Assembly (NCBI GenBank): GCA_041167585.1
Contig: JBEEHV010000005.1
Span: 13,883-77,882, forward strand
Origin: Verrucomicrobiota bacterium
Lineage (GTDB): Bacteria > Verrucomicrobiota > Verrucomicrobiia > Chthoniobacterales > UBA10450
Direction of reading: 5' to 3'
Length of the DNA: 64,000 nucleotides
The notes below the pieces were generated by a model that was given only the letters and a program-made list of their open reading frames with translations, made no database searches and was not told the origin of the DNA. Positions 1 through 8,634 of the stretch are shown piece after piece (position 1 is the stretch's first letter; the number at the start of each line of letters is the position of its first letter). The translations under genes were made by a program, and so were the position numbers.

Positions 1-1143
1 GAGGAGAAACTTGATCCGACGTGCGGCTGTCCGACCTGCGCGCGTTATTCCCGCGCCTATCTGCACCACCTGACGAAGACGAGCGAGACGCTGGGCTGGC
101 AGTTGCTCGGGAAGCACAACATCCATTTCTATCACCAGCTCATGCGCGAGATCCGCGAAAGTATCCTGGCCGATAGCTTTCTCGATCTTTACCGCGAGAA
201 GCGCGCGTTCCTGCATGAATCCGATCTCGATAATCCGATCCGCGCGCAGAAGCCGAAACGAACCAAACCGCGGGCGTTGGGAAATTACGAAGTGCACATG
301 GCGTGGGAGGGCTTTGCCAGCATCCGCCAGATTTCATCCGGCGAGATCATGCATTCGCGGACTCCGCCCATGGAAGAAGCGAGACGGCTTTATATCGAGC
401 AATCAAATCTGGCGGAACGCGTGCGGATTTCGGGCGAGGAAAATTCCGAGAGCGCAGCGCCGTTGGTCGTCTGGGATGTCGGACTCGGCGCCGCCGCGAA
501 CGCGATGGCAGCGATCCTTTGCTACGAAGAGCAGGCGGCAAAGGGCCCGGTGCGTCCGATGCAAATCATCAGCTTCGAAAACGATCTCGATTCGCTCCGG
601 CTGGCCTTCCGGCACAGCCGCGATTTTCCCTATCTGCGTCATGGCGGTCCGGCCGGGATCCTGAAAGACGGGACATGGCAGTCGCGGCAGCACGCGGGAC
701 TGAGCTGGTTGCTCCTGGCGGGAGATTTCCTCGAAACGATGCCGGCCGCTCCTTCACCGCCGGACCTGATTTTCTACGACATGTTTTCAACTAAGACGTC
801 GGGCGATCAATGGACATTGAATGCGTTCCAAAAATTGTTCAAAGCGTGCGCCGGACGGGCGGCCGAACTCTTCACCTACACCTGCTCAACTGCGAATCGC
901 GCCGCGCTGCTCGCGGCCGGGTTCTACGTCGCCCGGGGCCGAAGCGCGGGCGAGAAACTCGAGACCACTATCGCACTCACACCTGCCGCGCGTCGCGCCT
1001 CATCATCCAGCCGGCACGAACTGCTCACCGCGGATTGGCTGGAAAAATGGAATCGTTCCGGCGCGAAATTTCCCGGTGAAATTCAGGAGCACCAATATCC
1101 CTCCTTCGAGCAAGTGATCCGCGAGCACGCGCAATTCCGGTAA
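1..1143 (+). CDS. tgt: tRNA-guanine transglycosylase (Tgt) C-terminal part, 5' end cut by the window edge, fused in frame to an MnmC-type SAM methyltransferase domain (DUF752/Methyltransf_30-like)
   Basis: Frame 1 is open from nt 1. EEKLDPTCGCPTCARYSRAYLHHL...HNIHFYHQLMREIR matches the Tgt zinc site CxCxxC..H plus the C-terminal helix. The ORF continues about 300 aa with VVWDVGLGAAANAMA, ISFENDLDSL, DLIFYDMFSTKTSGDQWT and FTYTCSTANRAALLAAGFYV, as in the MnmC methyltransferase half. Confidence 0.8.
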   Translation, partial: EEKLDPTCGCPTCARYSRAYLHHLTKTSETLGWQLLGKHNIHFYHQLMREIRESILADSFLDLYREKRAFLHESDLDNPIRAQKPKRTKPRALGNYEVHMAWEGFASIRQISSGEIMHSRTPPMEEARRLYIEQSNLAERVRISGEENSESAAPLVVWDVGLGAAANAMAAILCYEEQAAKGPVRPMQIISFENDLDSLRLAFRHSRDFPYLRHGGPAGILKDGTWQSRQHAGLSWLLLAGDFLETMPAAPSPPDLIFYDMFSTKTSGDQWTLNAFQKLFKACAGRAAELFTYTCSTANRAALLAAGFYVARGRSAGEKLETTIALTPAARRASSSSRHELLTADWLEKWNRSGAKFPGEIQEHQYPSFEQVIREHAQFR

Positions 1144-1171
1144 GGATAGAAGGCACCTCATAAATAGACCT

Positions 1172-1270
1172 GTCATTCTGAGCGCAGCGAAGAATCTCTG
1201 ATCATTTCTCGCGAAACGTGGCGCGATGGCGGGGAAATAGTCAGAGATCCTTCGCTGCGCTCAGGATGAC
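1172..1270. repeat. about 100-bp REP-like long hairpin element, copy 1 (arms GTCATTCTGAGCGCAGCGAAGAATCTCTGA / TCAGAGATCCTTCGCTGCGCTCAGGATGAC)
   Basis: 30-nt inverted arms surround a roughly 40-nt centre. A second copy lies at 13690-13789. On the + strand it is followed directly by TTGTTTTTTCG, so it could also terminate tgt transcription. Confidence 0.8.
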
Positions 1271-1317
1271 AACGTTGTTTTTTCGTTCGGCGGTTTGTAA
1301 ACCGCCGTCCTCCGTTT

Positions 1318-4300
1318 TTACTTTCTCGCTTCCGGCGTGACCATGATCTTTACGCGCTGCCCGTCGCGCATGACCACAATCTCCACGGGCTGGCCGATCT
1401 TCGCCGCGTCGAGCGCGTAAGTGTAATCGTAGATGTTCGAGACCTTCTGCCCGCCGAACTCCACGATGACGTCGCCGGCCTTCAAGCCTGCTTTTTCCGC
1501 GGGGCTGGCGCTGCGCACGCCCGCCAGTTTTACCCCGGCAACTTCCGTAGCGTAATCCGGAATCGTGCCGAGAAAGACGCGCAAATTTTCGCGGCTCGCG
1601 GGACTTTGGCTTTGCTCAACCTTGACGTAATCCGGACGCGTTTCCTCGTTCACGAGGTCCACCACCAGGCCGCGCGCGAACTTCGTGATCCGCTCCAGCC
1701 CGTCGTAGTCGAGTTTGTCGGCAGTGTCCGTGGGCCGGTGGTAATCATCGTGGCCGCCGGTGAAAAAATTCAGCACGGGAACGCCCTTCGGATAGAACGC
1801 GGTTACGTCCGTGGGCAAATAGGGATCGTCCTGGAGCGAAAGGTTGAAACCGGCGGCGACGTTGCGCTTCTCGGCCAGGCGGCGCCACGCCTTCGACGAT
1901 CCTACGCCTTGCAGGCTGAGCTTGTTTTCGCGCAGCCGCCCCGCCATATCGAAATTCACGTAGGCGGCAACATTCGAGAGCAGAAAGGGCGGATGCTCGA
2001 CGAAGTAGCTCGATCCGATCATTCCAATTTCTTCGCCTGACCAAAACGCAAACACGATTCCGCGATGAAATTGGTTCGGGTTCGCTTTGCGTTCCTCCGC
2101 GAGCGAGGCGGCCAGTTCCAAAATAGCGGCGGAACCGGAGGCGTTGTCATCCGCGCCCGGGTGAATTTTTCTCTCCTCGCCCGGCCGCTGCATCGCTCCG
2201 GTTTCGCCAAAACCGAGGTGATCGTAATGCGCGCCGATGACGACGTATTCCGCCTTCTCGGGCGGTCCGGACGGCGGGATAAGAGCGAGGACATTCCGGT
2301 CGTCCTTCCTGATTCGCTCAACCGCGGCGGTGAGGTGAGCGGTCACGTTGGGAAAGGTGAAACTCTTTTCAGCGTGGGGATTTTCCTGGTCGAGCGCCGT
2401 CTGGAGCGACTTCAAATCTTTGCCGGTCCCCTGAAAAAGCGCGTCGGCTGCTTTGCCCGTGATGCTCGCAGCGACGATGCCGGAATTGGCCATGTTCGCG
2501 TCGAACGAAGCCGCCACCAGCTCCGCGCGATTCGGTGAGTTTGGTCCAGTGACGAACAGGACAGCTTTCGCGCCATGCTCACGCGCGAGCATTGCCTTGT
2601 AACGCAGCCCGGCGTAGCGATTCAACTCCTGCCGCCGCTTCGGATCCACTCCCTCCGGCACATAGCGCAAGACCACTGCGATCTTGCCTTTCACGTCCAC
2701 GCCCGCATAGGAATCGTAGCCCTCGGCTCCCTTGCCCGGCACGGCGAGCCCGTACCCAACAAACACGACTTCCCCTTCCACGGTCTGGTTTTCGGTGAAC
2801 GATAGCGGCGCGAAATCTTTCTCGGCCTGGAATGCAACAGGCGCGCGCTCATCTTTCCCGCGCAGGACGAGCTCGTTTTTACTGGTCAGGATTTGCACAC
2901 CGGCGTTGAACTCAAATTTCTGGAAGAAGGTGCTGTTGTCGCCGGCCGGTTTGAGCTGCGCCTCCTGCAAACGCGCCGCGATGTAATCCGCCGCCTGCCG
3001 CGCGCCGTTGCTTCCAGTCATCCGGCCTTCCCGTTCCTCGGAGGCGAGGAAACCAACTTCATCCCGGAGATCAGCCGCGGTGATTTGCGGTGTGAGCGAG
3101 CTCTTGGTGCCAGAAGCGGCGGGCGTTTGCGCCGGCGCGATCGCCGGTGCGATTGTTGGCGCGGAACTTTGGGCAGGTGGCGACTGAGCGAGCGCCTGGA
3201 GCGCCGCGTCATGATTCCAATTAGCCAGGAAAAGCTGCGACTTTCCGTCGGCCGTTCGCCCGGCGGTCCAGCAAAGCTGTTTCCCATCAGGTGAAAAAAC
3301 CGGGAGGCCATCGAAGCCGTCGGTGAACGTCACCCGCACCGGTTCGCGCTCACCCGCCGCATCGACCAGGTAGAGCTCGAAGTTTGAAAACCCGAGCTTG
3401 TTCGAAGTGAAGATGACATATTTTCCCGAAGGGTGAAACATCGGCGCCCACGACATCGCCTTGAAATCCGTCAGCCGGCGCTCATCCGTGCCGTCCAATT
3501 TCATCGTGTAGACGTCCGCGATCGCGCCGCTCTTATCGAACCGCCGCCAGATGATGCGCTGGCCATCGGGCGAAAAGAACGGCCCGCCGTCATAGCCCGG
3601 CGTGGAAGTCAGACGGCGCTGATTCGAACCGTCCGCGTCCATGAGATAGATGTCGCCGAAATACGCCGGATCCGTTTCATAGCGCTTGCGATCTTCCGCG
3701 GAAAGTTTCTCGAGCGGATAGGCATCGCGGAGCGAGCAGAAGACGATCTTGCTTCCGTCCGGCGAGTAGCTTCCTTCCGCGTCGTAACCGTTCGCCTTCG
3801 TTAGCTGGCGCAGATTCGAGCCGTCGCGACGGGCCGCGAAAATATCCATCGTCTCGTCATAGTCCCAGGAATAGCGGCGCTCTTTCCCCGAAGCCCGAAA
3901 ATCCAGTTCCGCTTTTTGTTTCTCCCGCGCTTTTGGATCCAGATGCGTGGACGCGAAAAGGACTTCATCGGTGCCCGACCGGAAAAATCCGCACGTCGTT
4001 TTGCCTGTTCCCGGAGAGACGCGGTGGATGTCGCCCGACGTGAGATCCAGCGTGTAAATCTGGTAAAACGGATTGTCGGCTTCGCGTTCGCTTTGAAAGA
4101 TGAGGGCTTTTCCGTCCGGCGAAAAATACCCTTCTCCGCTGCGTTTCCCCTCGAAGATCAGTTGCCTCGTGTTCTTGAGGAATCGCGCTTCGTCCTTATT
4201 TTCCTCCGCGCCGGCATCGCAGCGCAGGAAGCTTCCCAAAAGTGCTACCGCGAAAATTCTTACGAGCTTGAACGTCATTCGATGATTTCCGGCCCGGCGC

Positions 4301-4329
4301 TTCCTGAGCCGCGCGTTCCGGCTAAACAT
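1318..4329 (-). CDS. secreted multidomain peptidase: TolB-like PD40 beta-propeller + PA/M28 aminopeptidase + C-terminal PDZ
   Basis: PD40 repeats: FSPDGKALIF, YSPDGSKIVF, FFSPDGQRIIW, FHPSGKYVIF, FSPDGKQLCW. M28 motifs: IGAHYDHLG, GADDNASGSAAILE, FWSGEEIGMIGS, NFDMAG. PDZ: GLKAGDVIVEFGG. The ORF is open up to 4614, but that part overlaps the Fic gene. I took the start at ATG 4329 (MFSRNARLRKRR..LVRIFAVALLGSFL, signal-like); ATG 4278 is equally possible. Confidence 0.85.
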   Translation of the reverse strand: MFSRNARLRKRRAGNHRMTFKLVRIFAVALLGSFLRCDAGAEENKDEARFLKNTRQLIFEGKRSGEGYFSPDGKALIFQSEREADNPFYQIYTLDLTSGDIHRVSPGTGKTTCGFFRSGTDEVLFASTHLDPKAREKQKAELDFRASGKERRYSWDYDETMDIFAARRDGSNLRQLTKANGYDAEGSYSPDGSKIVFCSLRDAYPLEKLSAEDRKRYETDPAYFGDIYLMDADGSNQRRLTSTPGYDGGPFFSPDGQRIIWRRFDKSGAIADVYTMKLDGTDERRLTDFKAMSWAPMFHPSGKYVIFTSNKLGFSNFELYLVDAAGEREPVRVTFTDGFDGLPVFSPDGKQLCWTAGRTADGKSQLFLANWNHDAALQALAQSPPAQSSAPTIAPAIAPAQTPAASGTKSSLTPQITAADLRDEVGFLASEEREGRMTGSNGARQAADYIAARLQEAQLKPAGDNSTFFQKFEFNAGVQILTSKNELVLRGKDERAPVAFQAEKDFAPLSFTENQTVEGEVVFVGYGLAVPGKGAEGYDSYAGVDVKGKIAVVLRYVPEGVDPKRRQELNRYAGLRYKAMLAREHGAKAVLFVTGPNSPNRAELVAASFDANMANSGIVAASITGKAADALFQGTGKDLKSLQTALDQENPHAEKSFTFPNVTAHLTAAVERIRKDDRNVLALIPPSGPPEKAEYVVIGAHYDHLGFGETGAMQRPGEERKIHPGADDNASGSAAILELAASLAEERKANPNQFHRGIVFAFWSGEEIGMIGSSYFVEHPPFLLSNVAAYVNFDMAGRLRENKLSLQGVGSSKAWRRLAEKRNVAAGFNLSLQDDPYLPTDVTAFYPKGVPVLNFFTGGHDDYHRPTDTADKLDYDGLERITKFARGLVVDLVNEETRPDYVKVEQSQSPASRENLRVFLGTIPDYATEVAGVKLAGVRSASPAEKAGLKAGDVIVEFGGQKVSNIYDYTYALDAAKIGQPVEIVVMRDGQRVKIMVTPEARK

Positions 4330-4376
4330 GTAGCGCTTGAGGCTTGCCTCTGATATGATCAAGATCATTTCGCGCC

Positions 4377-5390
4377 CTACCTTAAGACATAACGACCAAG
4401 TTTCTTGGTTCCGATCCTTCGCACCAGCCGGGCTTTGATGAGGGGGTTTAGCAAGTCCAGAGCGCCTTGTTTCGATACGCCAATGGCGTCCCAAATTTCG
4501 CGTGGCTTCAACGCCCGGTGCTCGCGCAACAGATGAAGCAATTGCTCCTGTTTCGGCCGCAGAACCAGCTTCGACTTCCCGGCCCGTGCCGTCAGCTTTT
4601 GGATCCGGCTCCAAACTCGCTCCAGCGTCACGCGTAATCCGTCCGCGCTGTACTCGAGCCAGCTCGTCAGGGAGCCATCATCCTCCAGCACTTTCTCGAG
4701 CGCCGCATAATAACGCGGGCGATCCTCCCAATAAAATTCGTCGATCGAGAAAATGTGATGATTGTCGAATCCGCGCCGATAAAGCTCCCACAAGCTGAGC
4801 ATGCGCCCGGTGCGTCCGTTCCCGTCGGCAAACGGATGAATCGTTTCGAACTGATGATGGACGATGGCCGAGCTCAGGATCGGAGAAATCTGTTCGTGCT
4901 TGTTCCACCACTCCAGTAAATCCGACATCATCGGCCGCACTCGCTCCGGTGCCGGCGGCACATAACTTCCCACGCGCACGCGGATCGTCCGATATTGGCC
5001 CGCCGTTCCCTGGTCCATCACCTCGCCGGCCATGATCCGGTGCAGCTTCAACACCTTCGTATGAGTGATCGCAGTGAGCTGGGCGTTTTTTTCCACGAAA
5101 CGCAAGCCCGCGAAATAATTTGCCACTTCCCGGCGCGACCGCGCCGCGGTCGCCGGAATTTCCCGCCCTTCCTCGATCGCGCGCACCTGTTCCAGGGTAA
5201 GCGGATTGCCTTCGATCGCCGTTGAAGAGTGGGCATTGCGGATGCGAGTGTCTTTTTGCAGCGCGGGAATCCAGGGCACCTGCACGGAGGCCGCCAGAAT
5301 GCGCTCGCGCAGCGCCGCGACCTGCTCCACTTGCGAAAGCAGTTTGGGCGTTATGTTGAAAAGAGGTTCGTAGCCCACACCATTAGTCAA
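4377..5390 (-). CDS. Fic family protein (AMPylase-type) with C-terminal winged-helix-like tail
   Basis: Canonical Fic motif HPFADGNGRTGRML. The only in-frame start at the ORF head is TTG (5388-5390). Confidence 0.9.
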   Translation of the reverse strand: MTNGVGYEPLFNITPKLLSQVEQVAALRERILAASVQVPWIPALQKDTRIRNAHSSTAIEGNPLTLEQVRAIEEGREIPATAARSRREVANYFAGLRFVEKNAQLTAITHTKVLKLHRIMAGEVMDQGTAGQYRTIRVRVGSYVPPAPERVRPMMSDLLEWWNKHEQISPILSSAIVHHQFETIHPFADGNGRTGRMLSLWELYRRGFDNHHIFSIDEFYWEDRPRYYAALEKVLEDDGSLTSWLEYSADGLRVTLERVWSRIQKLTARAGKSKLVLRPKQEQLLHLLREHRALKPREIWDAIGVSKQGALDLLNPLIKARLVRRIGTKKLGRYVLR

Positions 5391-5459
5391 GCGTAAGTCC
5401 AGTTATGGGTCAAGTTCTTCCAACCCAGTTAGTCCAGCGTAAGTCCAGTTATAAGTCCA
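5390..5459. repeat. direct repeats AGCGTAAGTCCAGTTAT x2 plus extra TAAGTCCA / TTAGTCCAG copies in the Fic/kinase divergent promoter region
   Basis: 17-mer at 5390-5406 and 5436-5452. TAAGTCCA recurs at 5452-5459 and TTAGTCCAG at 5429-5437. Confidence 0.5.
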
Positions 5460-5513
5460 CCTCTCTTCGCGACTGAAGTGCCCTGAGCCGACCCAGACTT
5501 TACGAAGTAGCGC

Positions 5514-8500
5514 TTGAGCGCAGGCGGCGGAATGATCACACTTCATTTCGACGTGCCGCCGGACCTAAACACTCCAGATCCCTCTGCGCCAGCGCCGAAA
5601 GTGGGCCGCCCGATCTTCGGCGATTACCAGGTCGAGGGCGAGTTGGGGCGTGGCGGGATGGGAGTCGTTTTTCGCGCGCGGCAGAAAGGATTGAACCGGC
5701 TCGTCGCGCTCAAGATGCTAACCGGCCGTTACGGGCCGGACGAGCTGGCGCGATTCAAGGCGGAAGCAGAGACCGCGGCGAGCCTGCATCACACGAACAT
5801 CGTCCAGATTTATGAAGTGGGTGAGGACGAGGGCGCGCCGTTTTTCTCGATGGAATATATCGAGACCGGTTCGCTGGCCGATCGGCTCCGCGGCCGCGTG
5901 ATGCCGGCACGGGAAGGCGCGCAGCTGTTGATCAGCGTGGCGCGCGCGCTGCACTTCGCGCATCAGAACGGCGTGGTCCATCGCGACATGAAACCGGCCA
6001 ACGTGCTTCTGGATCCGGAGGGCGTGCCGAAGGTGACCGACTTCGGGATTGCCAAGCGCCTGAGCGGAGAGAGCTCCCTTACGCAATCGGGCGCGGTCAT
6101 CGGCACGCCGACTTACATGGCGCCGGAGCAAGCCAAGGGGACCAGCCGCGACGTCGGCGCAGCGGCGGATGTGTACTCGTTAGGCGCAATTCTTTACGAA
6201 ATTCTCGCGGGCCGCCCCCCTTTTCTGCCGGAAGACAGCGAGACCGCGTTGACCGTGCGCGTGATCACGGAAGATCCGGTGTCGCCGGCCTGGCACCGGC
6301 CTGGCACTCCGCGCGATCTCGAGACGATCTGCATGAAGTGCCTCGAGAAACAACCCCGCGACCGTTATGCGAGCGCGGCGGCGTTCGCGGAAGATTTGCG
6401 CCGTTATCTCGAAGACGAATCCATCATGGCCCGGCCGCCCACAACGGTGGCGCGCGCGATTAAATGGACGAAGCGGCATCCGTGGCGAACATCATTCGCG
6501 ATCGCAGCGCTGGTCTTCCTCGGGATTGGGCTCGAACGGCTTTGGCGTTGGGAATTTTACGAGCGCCCGCACGTGGAATGGGCGGAAACCATCGACATGG
6601 TGCAGGGAGTTGCGCAGCCCATAGTGCGATGCAACGCGGAAGAGGCCGCCCGGCGCGGCATCACTTTTCGGCTGACCCGCCGGGGACGCGCGGGCGCGGT
6701 CACCAGCCTGGAAATCCTAAATCCTCGAGGACGGCCCGCGCTCGTCCGCGAGGTATTCGGCTCTGACATTTTCTCCAATTGGGTCGAGGGCGCGATGGGC
6801 GCGCAAAAAACCAACGATCGCTCGCGCGAAGCTGTCCGGATCAATTTCATCTACACCGGCGGAGAATTGGCGGAGACGACGGCGCTCGACCGCAACGGCC
6901 ACGTGACCTGGCGTCTGCTTTGGAATCGCGTGGCCGAGGAGGAGAAAAATCACCACATTGTGCGTGCCCGTTTTGTCGACCTGCGCGGCTTCGATTTTTC
7001 TTCGACGCAGGGAGCGTCGCACGTCCAATTTCTCCGCGACGCCGCCGGGCTGGACATCGAAGTTCGTTTCTTCAACGGCTCGGGCAAGCCCGCCCCAAAC
7101 AATGAAGAGGTCTACGGGTTTCGCGTCGGCCGCGATGCGGCAGGGCGCGTCACGCAATTGACGAATCTGGATCAAAATGGCCAGCCGATGGAGAACCGGA
7201 TTGGCATGATCAGTCAGGGATTGTCCTACGATTCGCGAGGGTACCCCGTCCGATATGAGTTTCGGGACGGGGAGGGAAAACCTGCGCCGTGGAAAAACGT
7301 GGCCGTAACCACGTTCGATTACGACACTGCTGGGAACATCACGGCGATCCGCCGCCTCAATGCCGAAAACAAACCGGTAAATGGCGAGTGGGGCGATTGG
7401 GCAGTACTCGAATACAAGCGCAACGCTCTGGGAGAACTGATCGATCGGGTTTACCAAAAGGTGGCCGCGGATGGGAGCCTAAGCCAAATCTTGCGGACGC
7501 AATTCGAATACGATGGTGCGGGTTATCTCGCGGACTCGAAGGTGATCGGTCCTGAGAGCGTGCGCACTCAATGGGTGCGCGATCCGCTGGGAAATGTCCT
7601 GGAGAAACGAGTGGTGGACCTCGACGGCCACCCGAAAACCGTCAGCGAAGGCTGGTCGATCATTCGCTACGCCTACAGTGATATGGCTTCGCCTCCGGGC
7701 TGGCGCGAAGAGTTCAGCCTTTTCGATACTAAAGGAGAGAAGGCCTGGATGCTGAACGGCGGTTTCCACCGATCGATCACGGAGTTTCATTCTACGGGGG
7801 ACGTCTACCGCGTCATCACCGAAGACCAGAACCCAGCGCCGGGAGGTTTCTTTCGCAGCATCACAGAGCCGGAATTCGATACGCAACAGCGCATGCGCAA
7901 ATTCGTTCTGCGGAAGGAGGACAAGGAGGGCAAACTCATCAGCGGTCCCGGCCTCACTGGCATTCTTGAGAAGGAATTCGACGATGACGGGCGACTAGTC
8001 AGCGAATGGCTTATTGGGTCGGATACGGGAACGACCGGCGCCCCGGCCTGGCACACGACCACCGAATGGCACCGGACCGGCACGGAGAAACGGATGGCGA
8101 AGCAAGCCTGCGATCTGCAACGCAAACCGCTACCCTACATCGCCACCGGCACGGGTGCCCGGACCGAGTATTATTACGACGAGATTGGCCAGCGTGACCG
8201 CATCTACGAGACAGGCTTTGACGAGAAAGTGGTCGGTTTCAATGTGCGGGAGACGAAATTTGCCGGGGGAGAATTCCAAAGCGTCACGCACAAGCGCAGC
8301 GATGGAAGCATGGTGGATGCGGTCCACGTCTTCATCACGGAGGTGAATCCGCAGCAACCCAAGGCCGCCGAGCTCAAAGTGGGCGACCAGCTTCTGGCTG
8401 CGAATGATCACCCGGTGCATAGCGCTTACGAGTGGGTCTTCACGAAATTTCCCGGCGGCTGGATTGAAGTGGTGCGCGATGGCAAAACCGTCCGAATCGA

Positions 8501-8564
8501 AGGCTTCGAGGCCGGGTCGACGGGCATCACGCTGGTTGACCGGGCCGCGCCGGCCAAGCAGTAG
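5514..8564 (+). CDS. Ser/Thr protein kinase with TM segment, YD/RHS-type repeat ectodomain and C-terminal PDZ-like domain
   Basis: Hanks kinase motifs: GRGGMGVVFRARQ, VALKML, HRDMKPANVLL, DFGIAKR, GTPTYMAPEQ. TM segment: SFAIAALVFLGIGL. YD-like repeats: LSYDSRGYPVRYEF, FDYDTAGNITAIRRL, FEYDGAGYLADSKV, RDPLGNVLEKRVVD. PDZ-like end: LKVGDQLLAAND...IEVVRDGKTVRIEG. The start is TTG 5514 or ATG 5532. Confidence 0.9.
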   Translation: MSAGGGMITLHFDVPPDLNTPDPSAPAPKVGRPIFGDYQVEGELGRGGMGVVFRARQKGLNRLVALKMLTGRYGPDELARFKAEAETAASLHHTNIVQIYEVGEDEGAPFFSMEYIETGSLADRLRGRVMPAREGAQLLISVARALHFAHQNGVVHRDMKPANVLLDPEGVPKVTDFGIAKRLSGESSLTQSGAVIGTPTYMAPEQAKGTSRDVGAAADVYSLGAILYEILAGRPPFLPEDSETALTVRVITEDPVSPAWHRPGTPRDLETICMKCLEKQPRDRYASAAAFAEDLRRYLEDESIMARPPTTVARAIKWTKRHPWRTSFAIAALVFLGIGLERLWRWEFYERPHVEWAETIDMVQGVAQPIVRCNAEEAARRGITFRLTRRGRAGAVTSLEILNPRGRPALVREVFGSDIFSNWVEGAMGAQKTNDRSREAVRINFIYTGGELAETTALDRNGHVTWRLLWNRVAEEEKNHHIVRARFVDLRGFDFSSTQGASHVQFLRDAAGLDIEVRFFNGSGKPAPNNEEVYGFRVGRDAAGRVTQLTNLDQNGQPMENRIGMISQGLSYDSRGYPVRYEFRDGEGKPAPWKNVAVTTFDYDTAGNITAIRRLNAENKPVNGEWGDWAVLEYKRNALGELIDRVYQKVAADGSLSQILRTQFEYDGAGYLADSKVIGPESVRTQWVRDPLGNVLEKRVVDLDGHPKTVSEGWSIIRYAYSDMASPPGWREEFSLFDTKGEKAWMLNGGFHRSITEFHSTGDVYRVITEDQNPAPGGFFRSITEPEFDTQQRMRKFVLRKEDKEGKLISGPGLTGILEKEFDDDGRLVSEWLIGSDTGTTGAPAWHTTTEWHRTGTEKRMAKQACDLQRKPLPYIATGTGARTEYYYDEIGQRDRIYETGFDEKVVGFNVRETKFAGGEFQSVTHKRSDGSMVDAVHVFITEVNPQQPKAAELKVGDQLLAANDHPVHSAYEWVFTKFPGGWIEVVRDGKTVRIEGFEAGSTGITLVDRAAPAKQ

Positions 8565-8634
8565 CTGGATCTCGCGGGAGAGCTTGACGGCTCTGGCGCA
8601 ATTTGCCACTGATGCTCGAAGTCGAAGGGCACCC

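Noticed and set aside
1288-1307. Small hairpin CGGCGGTTT-GT-AAACCGCCG between the convergent tgt and peptidase genes
   Set aside because: The T-run precedes the stem on the plus strand, and an A-run follows it on the minus strand. It is therefore not a canonical terminator for either gene. The larger REP-like hairpin plus T-run upstream is the better terminator candidate.
4330-4614. N-terminal 95-aa extension of the peptidase ORF (MEPDPKADGTGREVEAG...)
   Set aside because: It overlaps the 3' end of the Fic gene and has non-protein-like composition. A signal-peptide-like start appears at 4329/4278.
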